From Hypanus sabinus (Eukaryota), in NCBI RefSeq assembly GCF_030144855.1, contig NC_082727.1, forward strand, positions 36,270,001 to 36,334,000: 64,000 nucleotides of DNA, given 5' to 3'. Under the pieces are notes generated by a model. It saw nothing but the letters and a program-made list of their open reading frames with translations. It had not been told where the DNA came from and did no database searches. Made by a program: the position numbers and the translations under genes. Positions 24,797-37,845 of this stretch are shown here, piece after piece (position 1 is the stretch's first letter; every line of letters starts with the position of its first letter).

Positions 24797-26895
24797 CAAC
24801 ACACCGGGAGATTTATTGAAAGAGAAGCTCGATCAGCTGCAGTGTCACTTCACATGGAGGCCACAGAAAGAAACTATTGACGTGGAAGATGTGGTGTTCA
24901 GATTGAAAGATTCTATCAATATGAATTTGAAGTATAAAGCTCAGTCCTACAACCAACTCGCTTTTTAAAATTGTCTACAGGACAAATGCGAGGAAGCGAT
25001 TGGAGATTTAAAGGAAGCTGAAAAGATTCTGATGGAGAACCACAAAGATGAATTAGAAAGAAGAAGCATCATCACCTATGGAAACTTTGCCTGGGTGCAT
25101 TACCACATGGGACAGCTGACCGAGGCCCAGTCCTATCTCGACAAGCTGGAGATGACCTGTAAACCGCTCAGTGATGGCCCTCGCTATACAGCAATGATAC
25201 CCGAGGTGTACGGGGAGAAGGGATGGTCATTGTTGGGTTCTGCTGCTGAATACTATGAGGAGGCAAAGGAATGCTTTGCAAAGGCTCTGGAGCAAGATCC
25301 TGACAACACGGAGTGGATAATGGGATATGCAACCGCACTTTCTCGTCTGGAATCACTTTCTGGAACCCCAGAGAGTCGTGATCAGAGTCAGTCAGTGAAG
25401 CATTTCCAACGAACACTGGAGCTTGATCCAGATGATGCTGTGGCCATGGTGCAGTTGGCTCTAAAATTGCAAAGTTTATGGCAAAATGATGAAGCACCTG
25501 AATTAGTTGAATAAGCTTTGCAGAAGACCTCTGATCTTCCATATGTGCTTCGCTATGCTGCAAAATATTATAGACAAAGGGGATCTGTGGAGAAAGCAAT
25601 CGAGCTCTTGAAACAAGCATTGGAATTAACTCCACACTCTGGTTTCTTACCCCAACAGCTTGGATTGTGCTACAAAATTAAGCTTTCGTAATCCTGAATT
25701 TTTGCAGAGAGCTGAGTTGATCAATAATTGCAAGTATCATCTTGAAAAGACTTTTGATCACTGTCGAAGGTCATTTATTAGAGCACAACTAGACTTTACA
25801 GACATCTGCATAACAAATGGGGAGTATTCCAGAGCAGAGGAGACTTACCATGGATTGGTGGATTTAGTGGACATTCATCCAGAGAATATGCAGAGCATTT
25901 GTCTGGAAGCTGGGTTATTTGAACTGTACCAGAAAAATTCTGATACAAATGCTGTTCGCCTCTTCCTGAAAGGAGTGAAAATTGAACATAACTCAAAAGA
26001 ACGGGAAAAATGTCACATGAATTTGAAGAAGTGGGCAGATAGGAAACTTAGAGTTAATGCACATGACAGCAAGGCTCTTGGTGTCAAAGCATTTCTGTAT
26101 CAGATGGATGGGAACATGGATGGAGCAACTGAATACTTTGAGAAGGCTTTGGAGTTTGATCCTGGTAATGAGGATGTAGTGTTCTCGCTCAGGTGTAAGA
26201 TAATGCTGAACTAAACACTGAGGTAAACCGTAGTCAATGAAAACAGGATCGTAGTAAGATTAACCATTTACTGTTCACTCTTCCTCATTAACGTATGGTG
26301 AAAACTGTTGATAAAACAATACAAGATTTGTACAGTATTTGTTTCCTTCTTGATATTACATTTACATCGTAAATACTTGCAAAAGTAAAACTACAACAAC
26401 TACATTACATTAAAGTGCAGCATACAGTCAGAATCTACCTAAGCCATTGACTGCTTTAAATACACTTCAACACAAACTATCTGCAACTCTTTAACTATTG
26501 AAAACATAAACCTTATCAACCATCATTACTTTTAACAGAATCAGAGTTAACATTTTAATTCAACATATCGATTATCTCATGAACTTACGGCGTTGCTTCA
26601 CTATGTTTCTAGTGCGTAGAAAGACAACTTTTCTTGTGCTGATCTCGCACATCTGAGCTCCCTCCTTCCCGTTTCTCTAAACCGGTATTTTCCCACAGGA
26701 CGCGGCGAAACCAGATGTGACGTCATCTCATGCCGCGATATATCCCAGACAATGAATTTACTTTAAACAATCCTAACTTTAACTAGAAAAATGCTAATAA
26801 ACAAATTACTAAAGCGAAAATATTATAAACTAAACAAATGCCATAAAGGCAGCACAGAGGAATATGTGAGTGCTCTTTCTCAGTTACATATCTGA
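24797..26895 (+). pseudogene. IFIT copy B1 pseudogene (paralog of B2)
   Basis: Acceptor ttgcag|C at 24796/24797 and CHFTW motif. Nonsense TTA>TAA at 24966 and CAA>TAA at 25512. Frameshifting deletion at ~25685. Solo LTR inserted at 26175-26856. Native stop at 26893-26895. Confidence 0.92.
26175..26856 (-). mobile_element. Solo LTR (TG...CA, 5-bp TSD) inserted in the IFIT B1 3' end
   Basis: TSD GAGGA at 26170-26174 and 26857-26861. Removing the insert restores DPGNEEYVSAL. Same family as 48602-49316. Orientation is inferred. Confidence 0.88.
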
Positions 26896-27160
26896 GCACC
26901 ACTGGGATGTTAAAAAGATGCATTTCCATCTGATCTGAGGATAGGTTTGGTGTGGTGCTGTTTTACTAGTTATATCCTCAGCGCCTTTTCTTACTCATTA
27001 GTGTTCAATTTTCAAAAATTGTCTTCTGTAGTTATACCTAATTATTGTGTTTCTTTTAAACATATTAATTCCTCAGTACTCGGCACAAACTGAATTTAGT
27101 TGTGCTTCTCTGGACTCTGGAAAGATGGGATTTGGGATACTGCAGCAAGTGGAGTTAAAT

Positions 27161-28082
27161 AAAGCTGGGTGGCAGTGTGAAATGTGAGGAGGATGTTATG
27201 AGAATGCAGGATGACTTGGACAGGTTGGGTGAATGGGCAGATGCCAGGCAGATGCAGTTTAATGTGGATAAATGTGAGGTCATCCACTTTGGTGGCAAGA
27301 ACAGGAAGGCAGATTATAATCTGAATGGTGTCAAGTTAGGAAACAGGGAAGTACAATGAGATCTAGGTGTTCTTTTTCATCAGTCACTGAAAGTGAGCAT
27401 GCAGGTACAGCAGGCAATGAAGAAAGCTAATGACATGTTGGCCTTCATACCAAAGGGTGTTGAGTATAGGAGCAAAGAGATCCTTCTGCAATTGTACAGG
27501 GCCCTGGTGAGACCACACCTGGAGTATTGTGTTCAGTTTTGGTCTCCAAATTTGAGGAAGGACATTCTCGCTATTGAGGGAGTGCAGTGTAGGTTCACAA
27601 GGTTATTCCCTGGGATGGTGGGACTGTTAAAGGTTGAAAAATTGGAACAACTGGGCTTGTATACACTGGAATTTAGAAGGATCAGAGGGGATCTGATTGA
27701 AACATATAAGATTATTAAGGGATTGGACACGCTAGAGGCAGGAAACGTGTTCCCGATATCGGGGGAGTCCAGAACCAGAGGCCACAGTTTAAGAATAAGG
27801 AGTAGGCCATTTAGAACGGAGTTGAGGAAAAATCTTTTTCACCCAGAATGTTGTGGATCTGTGGAATGCTCTGCCTCAGAAGGCAGTGGAGGCCAATTCT
27901 CTGGATGCTTTCAAGAAAGAGTTAGATAGAGCACTTAAAGGTAGCAGAGCCAAGGGATATGGGGAGAAGGCAGGAACGGGGTACTGATTGTGGATGATCA
28001 GCCATGATCGCAACAAATGGTGGTGCTATCTCGAAGGGCCAAATGGCCTACTCCTGCACCTATTGAATATTGTCTATTGTCT
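27161..28082 (+). mobile_element. 5'-truncated CR1 LINE insertion, absent from duplicate block
   Basis: ORF 27393-27929 (KKANDMLAFI...LVRPHLEYCVQFWSP) and a (tctattg)n tail. The empty site is seen at ~45600. Confidence 0.9.
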
Positions 28083-28825
28083 AAATGAAAAATCAAACAT
28101 TTTTCTACATTGATTTGTTTGACCTATTAATCATTGAATGTATCTTACTTTTCACCTGTATTCTGATGTATAAATTTAACACTGGAAAGATTTTTTGAGT
28201 GTGATTGTATCTCAAAGATCATTGTAATATATCCTCTAAGGGTATGTCTAGTAATTAAAACTTCAAAGCCGAGGTTGGTCTTGTCTTGACACAACATAAT
28301 TCCAACCGTCTGAGTGCACCGGAGGAGTGTCTGAGAAGGCGAATGACCTGTGAGTGACAGTGGAGGAGTTTTGGGAATAATTCATGGAATTTCAACAAGA
28401 TAATATTTTTAACAAAAAATGGATGAGAGTTTTTATTCTTTGTAATTATCAACCAAGGACAATATATCTGCAACACAGCAAACAAGATTTTGTGTGACAA
28501 TGGACTCATAATGGAACCAGAAGATGGATCATGCCTTTGTCCTGACCAACGGTGTTGGTATAGTGATAGCCAAAAGACATTCCTGTGATGTGCATGGGCT
28601 TGGCTGCTGATAAGGAGATAAACCTGTAATTAAACAATGGAAATCAGATACGGTTATATGTTAAGTGAGCTATTGTCCCATAAAATTTTTAATGGTGTGG
28701 AAGAATGAGAAGGGAGATGCAGAAAGGAGAAAAGAGAGCATATGACCAACAGCTCGGGATCAATCATCTGAAATTTCAAAGAGAGAAGGTGTCATCGCCA
28801 ATTAACTGGACACTTGCTCCTCTGT

Positions 28826-29105
28826 CGCCACAGTAGCACAGTGGTTAGCACAGTTGGGGCATCAGAGTTCAGAGTTTCATTCTGATGCCGTGTATAAGCA
28901 GTTTTTCCATTCCTCCTCGTGAATACGTGAGTTTCCTCCGGATGCTCCGCTTTTCCTCCCTCATTCCAAAGTCAAACCTGTCAGCAGGCTGATTTGTCGT
29001 TGTAAACTGTCCTGATATTACGCTAGGGTTATATAGGTGTGTTGTTGGGTGGTGAGTCTCATTGGGTCAGTAGGGGCTGTTCCATGCTGTATATCTAAAT
29101 AAAAT
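28826..29105 (+). mobile_element. V-SINE (HE1-like); truncated paralog at ~46380-46475
   Basis: Head gtagcacagtggttagcac, V-domain gtgagtttcctccggatgctccg, tail ctgtatatctaaataaaat. Confidence 0.7.
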
Positions 29106-30589
29106 ATAATTATACTTCATTTACTTGTGCACAAGGAGAAGAGTGTGTCTCCTGTCACCACACTGTTCTGAAGTCTGAACAGAGGAATGTCATTTTTATA
29201 CAGAATTGACTAGCAGGTACAGATGTTGACCATTCCCGGTGGTAAAACGTTTTAATTCTGATTCCCATTCCCATTCTGACATTCCAGTTCACAGTCTCCA
29301 CTTGCAGCCACCCTCAGGATGGAGGAGCAACACCTTACATTCCACCTGGGCAGCCTCCAACCGGATGGTATGAATATTAATTTCTCTTTCTGGGGAGAAA
29401 AAATTCCCACCCCCTTCCCTCTTCTTCTATTCCGCACTCTGGCCTCTTGCCTCTTGCCAGCATCTTATGTGCATTGATTTGTTGAAGCTGTGTATGTTTG
29501 AATTTCTTACTTGAAAATCAGTAACCATTCACAATACAGGTGTTTAACATCAATAGAAAATACCATCTAACAATTGATAATTCTTTAAATTTAGTAACAT
29601 AATTATTTCTTCGTTGGTGTGTGCTCCTTGAACATTTCTATTAAATTCTTACCTTATCTCTGTCAGCCAAAATAGCTTGAGATCACAGCAGTTAAAATGG
29701 AAGCTACATTATCAGATACCTTTCTTGCCTAAGTTGTCTGTATCTATTGACAATCTGTCTTTGCCTGGACATTTTGTCAACCCTTGTCTTGCCTCAACTT
29801 CCACAAAGGGGCAGGCTGTTGTCGGTTTACAAGTAACACAAGGACTGATCGGAAAGTGCTGAGTGCTCAGCCGTACTTTGATCATTTTCAATATAATGCA
29901 CACCGTGCTCTGCCAGTCACCACTTAGAAATGTTATGTTTCATATTTCATGTTTCTGTTCAGCTCTTTATGAAGAAGAAGGCCAGTCACCCCATTGAATT
30001 AATGCCGACAGCAAACTCTCCCATCAGAATTTATTCTCCTCTGACCCTTCTTCGTAACATGTTCATTCATCTCTCTTTGATTCTCCTTCCAAAAGTTACG
30101 CTGCAGGCAATTTACAACAAACAAATAAATGATCAATTGAAGGAAATTGGAGCACACAACCACACTGCTGCAATGCCAGCCCTTAACACTCCTTGCAGGT
30201 AGGTAGGAGCTATGGGGATGTGGTAGATTGACACAAACCCAAGGGGACCAGGCTCAGTCAATGAGCTGAAGTGGTAGACTTGTCTGAAGAACCTCCCAAC
30301 ATCATGCCCACAACAGTAAAGTTGACAAGGGTTATGTATTTTGTCCATATTGACATTTTGTCCATCAGAGACTCAGGTGCAGGGTTTCGTATCATTGGAC
30401 CAAACCAATTTTTTTTAAAGAGACAGGATCAGCAATTGTAAGTATTCAGTGTAACTGTGAGTCTGTCCAATTTTGTGGGATGGTGTAATATCCAAATACT
30501 GGAGCCATCTCAGTCAGAGGAAAAAAAAGGAAGAAGTTCAAAGTGAGTAAGAATATGATGAAAAGAATAATGGACAATTGCCTAAAATT

Positions 30590-31870
30590 TGAGTAACACA
30601 CAGAAGAACTCAACAGGTCAGGCAGCAGCTATGGAAAAAAGTACAGTCGACATTCCAGGCCGAGTATCTTTGGCAGCACTGGATAAAAAAAAATTTAAAG
30701 TGGGTGACGGACAAGAGAAACACAAGGTGAGAGCTGAAACTGAGAAGTGGAGGGGCAAAGTAAAGAGCTGGGAAGTTGACTGGTGAAAGTGATACGGGAG
30801 CTCTGATATGTGGGGATAGGAGGCTATAGAAGAAAGTAAAGGGGTGAGGAGTATCAGAGGCAACTGACGTGCAGGGAGGTACGATGAGAGAAGGAAAAGG
30901 GGATGGGACTGGTGACGGAGAGGGTTGTAGGGGAGACATTACCAGACGTTCGAGAAATCGATGTTCATGGCATCAGGTTGGAGGCTATCCAGACGGAATG
31001 TAAGGTGTTGCTCCTCCAACCTGAGTGTGGTCTCATCGCAACAGTAGGGGAGGGCAATGGACTGAACTATCGGAATGGGAATGGGAAGTGGAATTAAGAT
31101 CTGGGAGATCCCACTTCTTCTGGTGGTTGGAGCATAGGTGCTTGGTGAAAAGGTCTCTCGATTTACGTCGGGCCTCAGTGATATAAACGAGCCCACAGTG
31201 GGAGCACTGGACACTAGATTGACCCCAGCAGACTCACAGATGAAGTATCGCCTCACCTGTAAGGACTGTTTGGGGCCCTGAATGGTAGTGAGGGAGGAGG
31301 TGCAGGTGGAGGTGTAGTACTTGTTCCCCTTGCATGGATAAATGATAGGAGGGAGATCAGTGGGGAGAGTCGAATGGACAAGGAGTCAAGCTGGGTTTGT
31401 ACACTGTGGAAAGCAGAAAGTGGGGTTGAGGGAAAGGTTTGACCGGTGGTGGGATCCCGAGAGAGACGGTTGAAATTCCATAGAATTATGTGCTGGACGC
31501 AGAGGCTGGTTGGATAGTAGGTGAGGACAAGAGGAACCCTAACTCTGGGAGGCTGGCGGGAGGATGGGGTATGAGCAGATATGCGGGAAATGGAAGAGAC
31601 GAGGTTGAGGTCTACGTTGATGGTGGAGGAAGTGAAGCCACTTTCTTTGATAAATGAGGACATCTCCTTCGTTACAGAATGAAAAGCCTCAGTCTGAGAG
31701 CAGATGCAGTGGAGATGGAGGAATTGAGTGAAGGGATGGTGTTTTGACAAGTTATAGGGTGGCAAGAGTGTTAGTCCAGGTAACTGTGAGAGTCGATAGG
31801 TTTATCATAGATAAGCCGTCTCCAGAGATAGAGATGGTGAGATTGAGAAAGGGGAGGGAGGCAGCAGATT
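30590..31870 (-). mobile_element. Penelope-like element fragment (RT C-terminus / GIY-YIG); paralog ~48290-49910
   Basis: ORF 31253-31765 (PFTQFLHLHCICSQ.EAFHS..KEMSSF...RVPLVLTYYP) and 30939-31256 (LRLEEQHLTFRLDSLQPDAMNIDFSN). Confidence 0.85.
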
Positions 31871-31899
31871 TATAATAGACAATTGATTAACTGTCTCAA

Positions 31900-32260
31900 A
31901 TTTGGATCCTCCTCTTCTGCAATAATGACATCTGGTCCAGGGCTCTCCCACTCTTGGAAACATCCCCTCCTGGTCCATGGTTTCTGGGCCTTTCAATACT
32001 CAATTGTTTTCAGTGAGATTCTCCCTGCATCCAAATTCCAGCACGTACAGGCCCAGATCCATTAGAAACTTTTCATATATTAACCCTTTCATTCCTGGTA
32101 TAAATAAATCCCCTCTGAACACTCTCCAATGCCAGCACATCTATTCCTAGACATGGGGTCCAAAACTGCTCACAATACTCCAAAAGCATTCTGACTGTTG
32201 CCCTAGAAGGACTCAGCATCACATCATTACTCTTTTTCCAAACTAAGATTCCCAAGTAAC
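31900..32260 (-). mobile_element. CR1 fragment; paralog ~50030-50690
   Basis: ORF 32073-32267 (LEYCEQFWTP...DVLALESVQRGF). Confidence 0.75.
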
Positions 32261-32269
32261 TCAGCAAAT

Positions 32270-32790
32270 TACAGCATTCGGGGCATGGATTTTGAATGAA
32301 ACCTAAGATGCCTGGCCTCAGAAAAACCTGGCGAGTGGTGCGACCATTTGGTGTGGGCAGAGGTCACCCTAACACCTTACAGCATTCAGGGCAGGGGACG
32401 TCACTGTTCAACTGCTGGTTTGGCTATACTCCGCCACCCTTTCTAGAACAGGAGGCTGAAGTTGGGGTTCCTGTGGCCAAAGATCCCATCCAACACTACA
32501 ATCAGAAATGGACCAGGGCAAGAGAGACTTGGCTGGTCTCTACCCAGAAGGTGGAATCCAAGGCAAGCTGAAGGAGAAGACGGTCCTGCTTTGCAGTGTG
32601 GGCAAAATGTCTGGCTGTCCACTCAGGCCTTTTCTCTCCGGGAGGAGTCTAGAAATTTGGCATCCAAGTTCATTGCACCTTTCAAGGTCCTCAAGAAAGT
32701 AAACCTGGTGCTATACAGCTCCCCAAGACCATGAAGATCAAACCCACTTTCCACATCTCTCAATTAAAACCTGTCTGATCCAGCCCCTGA
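32270..32790 (+). mobile_element. Gypsy (chromovirus/sushi-like) integrase C-terminal fragment; paralog 50690-51215
   Basis: FGYTPPPF.EQEAEVGVP...WTRARE, GQNVWLST...ESRNLASKFIAPFKVLKKVN, PTFHISQLKP (GPY/F module). Confidence 0.8.
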
Positions 32791-33280
32791 GGGGTAGATT
32801 TAAAAGTTGGGGGGAGGGGAGTGAAGGCCACTGGGTGGGAGATGAAACCTGGAAGGGGAGGGATGAAGTAAAGAGCTGGGAAGTTGTTTGCTGAGATGAG
32901 TTTAAAAAAAAACGGGAAAGGGGATGGGAAATGGAGAAGAGGGTGAGATGCTGGGGGGCATTCTCAGAAGTTTGAGAAATCGATGGAGGCTACCCAGATA
33001 GAATATAAGGTGGTATTCCGGCAACTTCCGTGTGGCCTTGTCAAGACAGTGGAGGAGGCCATGGATGGACATATGAGAATTGGAATGGGCAGTGGAATTA
33101 AAATGGCTGGCCACTGGAAGATCCCGCATGTTCTGGCAGACAGAGCGTAATACTCAGTGAATCAGTCTCCCAATCTGTGTTGGGTCTCACCGATGTACAG
33201 GTGGCCACAGTAGGAGCACCCAACACAGTAAACAAACTCAAAAGACTCACAGGTGAAGTGTCGGCTCACCTGGAAGTATA
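32790..33280 (-). mobile_element. Penelope-like fragment; paralog 51215-51920
   Basis: ORF 32902-33129 (DLPVASHFNSTAHS.SHMSIHGLLHC...EYHLIFYLGSL). Confidence 0.8.
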
Positions 33281-33644
33281 GTTTAGGGTTGTGTGGGGTT
33301 TAAGCTACAACCATCTTCTTCATTCAGTCCAGATTTCAACTTGGAGACCTGCAAAGCTGTATCCATGAAACCAGAAGCCCTTGCTGGCTCTGAGAACATC
33401 ACTGATACCAAATTCTCTGTCTTCCTTCCACAGAACTCTGGGAAGGGGAAAAGCAGGGAAACACAAATAGTTAAAAGGCAGTCTGCAATGACTGACAGGT
33501 ATGATAAGTAGGCTGAGAAACGATCAACCAATCAGGTTGGGTCTGGTGGGCGAAGTGATTTATTACTTATGCTCTGCTAGCCTTCCTTGTTATTGGATCC
33601 AGGCAGCTCTGCATCAGCCTGTATTGTTGTTTCAGTGGCATCAC

Positions 33645-33829
33645 TTCTTGGAAAATACTGCTTTCATTTTCTAGGATAAGTTTCTATTCAGCATCAGGGA
33701 GTTGCAGTCAATCTGTTCGAGCAGGAAATCAGAACATCGGACACCCTGCTCCATTGATATTAAAAGTCCATCTGAAGCTGTGAAAGAAATTCAAAGAACG
33801 TTCTTTCTAAAGAACATAATAAAGTACAG
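33645..33829 (+). promoter_or_regulatory. Promoter (GAS and ISRE-like) with decayed exon 1 of IFIT copy C1
   Basis: TTCTTGGAA at 33645-33653 and GCTTTCATTTTC at 33660-33671. Exon 1 reads gaacataATAAA|GTACAG (33819-33829), versus ATGAG|GTACAG in the paralog at 52895. Confidence 0.6.
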
Positions 33830-34558
33830 AACACTGTAAATTAAAATTTATTTTTTAATTTACTGTATTAATTTAGGTATTTAAATTTATTTTTTAACCA
33901 TTGCACGGAAGCTTGATTATGGAAGTATGCCAAATGCATTGCTGTAACTGTACCTGGTGCACAGTGTTGGGGTTGTGCATTCATAGGCACATCATTAAAG
34001 GCAGATCAGGCTGCTTGTGTCGAAATAAAAGCAGAGTTATTATTTCAGGCCAATAAGCTTTCATTGCAAAAAATTATCTGCCATTTACTCTGATTGCAGT
34101 CCAGTCACTTGTTTCAAAAGCTTTAGACAAATAAGCATATCTAGTACTTTCTGCTGTTACTTAGATGTTAAGTATCTGCAACACTTTCTGTACCATTTTG
34201 GATGCTCAGCAGTACCAAGACTGGTGAGAGTCAGACATCAGACAATCTCAGTATCACACAGACAAAAATAGGCCCTTGGCCCATCACTGAGTTGCCACCA
34301 CATGATTGGACGATTGGATATTTGCATTAATGAGCAGATGTATGTGTGTACATAATGGAGTGTACAACTTCATGTATAGGTAATAATGTAAATATAAAAT
34401 AAAAATAATTTCCATTTCAGCTCAATATATGTACAACTTTAAATTTATTCATGTGTTGTTTAAAGTTTGGAGGACTCTTGGCTTTGTTACAAGTAATGAT
34501 GTGAAGAAAAATGATCATGTATGAAGTGATGAATTTCATGAATTTTCTTGACTTGCAG

Positions 34559-35280
34559 CAACACACAAAGAGATTTATTGAAAGAGAAGCTTGATCAGCT
34601 TCAGTATCACTTCACGTGGGGCCCTCAGAAGGGAACCATTGACTTGGAAGATGAGATGTACAGATTGCGAGATGCTAGAAATCTCGGTGTGAATTATCAA
34701 GCCACTTGTCACAACCCAACTTGCTTTTGTAAATTGTCTGCAGGCAAACAATAAAGAAGCCATGCAGAACTTCAATGAAACTCTTGCCATCCTGCATTTC
34801 GCCAGAAAGCAAAGTTGTTCAATTAATACAAATATCACTTTGGAAAGGCATTTGAGCATCGTCCAATATCAGCTATTAAACCACAACTGGATTTTGCAGT
34901 TATAAGTATAAGAAATGGAGAGTATTCCAAAGTGAAGGAGGTCTATGGTAATCTTTTGAAATTAGATGACATTCATCCAGTAAATTTGCAGAGAATACAG
35001 TATGTCTACATGCTGGGACATTTGAACCACACCAGTGAAGGTGTGAATCAAATGCCATCAGTCTATTCCTTTAAGGACTGAAGGTTGAATATGACTCAAA
35101 TGAATAAAAACAAGTGTCATGATAAATTGGAGAGGAGGACAGACAAAAGTCTTTGCAAGTATCCACATGATAGTAAGGCTCTTGGTATGAAAGGGTGACT
35201 ATACCAGCTGAATGGCAACAAGCTATGGAATAGTTTGAGAAGGCCTTGGAGTTTGATCATGAGAATGTCTTTCCATTGAG
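34559..35280 (+). pseudogene. IFIT copy C1 pseudogene with large internal deletion
   Basis: Acceptor ttgcag|C, then NTQRDLLKEKLDQLQYHFTW. After ~34785 the sequence jumps from the N-terminal TPRs to PAFRQKA..KYHFGKAFEH. Several frameshifts and stops. Confidence 0.88.
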
Positions 35281-35589
35281 GAACAGAAATACACTTGAAA
35301 GATTTTCGCTTCTGCTTGATCTGAGGATAAGTTTGTCTCACTAGTCTCACATGGTATATTTTTGCAGCACATTCTTCACTGAGATAGTTATTAATGTTTT
35401 AAATTTTATGTAATGCTCTGGATAAGATTTTCACCGCTATGCTGTAGGTGTTTCATTTCAGCCGTACTCTAAGAGCAGTCTGTTCTGTTTTTTGCATGAT
35501 TGGGTCTGAGCTAATGATAAGGGGCTATGTTGTTCAGCTTATGAATATTGTGTCAACCAATTGGGATGCTGGTGGAAATGGGACAAAAC

Positions 35590-36045
35590 CATCAACCGTT
35601 CCTCATATGATAACCATTTCATTCCCCACATCATACTTATAAACCTCCGCTGAATCCTCTCCAGTGCCAGCACATCTTTTCTTAGACAAGAAGACAAAAT
35701 TGTTCACAATACTCAAGATGAGGCCTCTCCAGGGCCTTGTAAAGACTCAGCATCACATCCCTGCTCTTATATTCTAGACCTCTTGAAATGAATGCTAACC
35801 TTGCATTTGCCTTCACAACCAACAACTCAGCCTGCATGTTAACCTTCATCGTATTCTGCACAAGGACTCTCAAGTCCCTCTGCATCCCAGATATTCCGAG
35901 TTCCTCCCCATTTGTAAAATAGTCTGCACTGGCTTTTTATTCAACCAAACTGCATGACACAGCATTTTCCAACATTGTATTTCATTTACCACTTCCTTGC
36001 CCATTCTCCTAATCTGTCTAAATCCTGTAACATTCCTGTTTTCTC
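35590..36045 (-). mobile_element. CR1 fragment (truncated paralog of 59960-61190)
   Basis: ORF 35682-35885 (KANARLAFISRGLEYKSRDVML...PHLEYCEQF). Confidence 0.8.
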
Positions 36046-36675
36046 AAAAGGGAAATTGGGAAACAAGGGCTACTACCTGTTTTTGGCAACATGCCAGAAT
36101 CCAAAAATCAAAGAGGAAACGGCCATTTGAGAAAGCTATTAATGCAACTAAACCAAGTCAAAAGGGAATATACGTTTGGCAAATTTGTCCACCACACAAC
36201 CAGTGGCCGATTATGAGCAGACACTCACGGAACTGCACGATGCTGTCTGTTAACAAGAAACAGCCCATCCCAATGCATTTCAAATTACAGTTGGTGAATT
36301 TATCCAGGTCTGACTGAAGGAAACCCTGCCCAATTTTCTCCAGCATATAACCAGTTGAACTATAAGTCCCAAACACTAGAGTAGTGTTGCACTACAATAA
36401 GGAATGCCTATCATTTTGGTTAGTCAAATCATTTGACTGTACTCCTGCTTCCTGCATACTGACAGAGCTTAAGGTGACTTGCAAGTTCTCTGATAAAACA
36501 TTTTACTGATGAACAGGCTGAGCATTTCCAGGTTTTCAATGCCATAATTAAAAAAAAAAATCTTTGAAAGGCAATGCTGCACAGTTAGTAAGTCTGCTAT
36601 TCATGGGATTGCAGGTCAGACCTGCATCAAGTGATCTGAGATGGAATTCATGATTACGTTTTCTCTCTCTTGCAG

Positions 36676-37845
36676 CAACACACCGGGAGATTTATTGAAA
36701 GAGAAGCTCGATCAGCTGCAGTGTCACTTCACATGGAGGCCACAGAAGGAAACTATTGACTTGGATGATCTGATATACAGACTGCAAGATTCTAACCATA
36801 TGAATTTGAAGTATAAAGAGCAGTTTTGTAACCAACTTGCTTTTGTAAACTGTCTGTAAGGCAAATGTCAGAAGCAATTCAAAACTTAAAGGAAGCTATA
36901 TAGATTTGGAGAGAGAACCAAACAGAGGAATTTGAAAGAAGAAGCGTCATCACCTATGGAAACTTTGCCTGGGTGCATTACCACATGGGACAACTGACCG
37001 AGGCCCAGTCCTATCTCAACAAGTTGGAGATGATCTGTAAACCGCTCAGTGATGGCCCTCCCTACACAGCAATGATACCCGAGGTGTACGGGGAGGAGGG
37101 GTGGTCATTGTTGAGTTCTGCTGCTAAATACTACGAGAAGGCAAAAGAATACTTTTAGAAGGCTCTGGAGGAAGAATCTGATAATGTAGAATAGACTATG
37201 GGCTACATGACTGCTCATTATTGTCTGGAAACTATTTCTTGTGTCTCAGAGAATCAGGAGCGGAGTCAGCCAGTGAAGTATCTGCGACGGGTGCTGAAAT
37301 TTGACCCAGATGACACAGTGACCATAGTTATGTTGGCCCTAAAGCTGCAGAACTTCAATGAAGCAGAGAAAGCAAATGGATTAGATGAAGAAGCATTGAG
37401 GAAGACCCAGATCTGCCATATGTGCTTCGCTATACTGTGAAGTTTTACCGAATAACATGAGCTTTCAGTATTGCAATAGGCCTGTATTTCTTACACCACC
37501 AAAACTATTTTCTGGATGGACTTAAAATCCATCATTGAAGTAAACAATGGAAGCTCTGTAACAGAAACTTGAGAAAGATCTTAGGAAAACAAATTCAGAG
37601 GAATCCAAGAAACAGCAAAGACTTTGGAATTCTTGGGATGGTGCACCAGCTGGCTGTGGAGAAGTAAGAGGCTGTAGAATGCTTCGAAAATACCTTGGAA
37701 TTTGATCCTGGAAATGAAGAATATCTCAATGCTCTTTCTGAATTATGCCTTCTACTTGGGCTCCAGGTGCCCAAACAGATCTGGGGATACACTGACTGTG
37801 GAAAGTCTTTCCACAACCATTTTTCACTATTAGAGTTGACTGATA
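36676..37845 (+). pseudogene. IFIT copy D pseudogene, B/A chimera
   Basis: The 5' flank and NTPGDLLKEKLDQLQCHFTWRPQKETID are B-type. The later ALEEESDNVE, SQPVKYLRRVL and YFLDGLKI...RNPRNSK...DPGNEEYLNALSEL are A-type. Stops at 36857 and 37156; deletion at ~37500. Confidence 0.9.

Larger units (their letters stand above)
24283..36260 (+). repeat. Segmental duplication block Y (B gene to C gene), copy 1
   Basis: Collinear with 43400-55880 plus 60725-61410, including unique non-TE spacers. Confidence 0.9.

Noticed and set aside
36340-36410. Possible decayed exon 1 for copy D (catataacc ... acaATAAG gaatg)
   Set aside because: Neither ATG nor a GT donor is present; the match is too weak.
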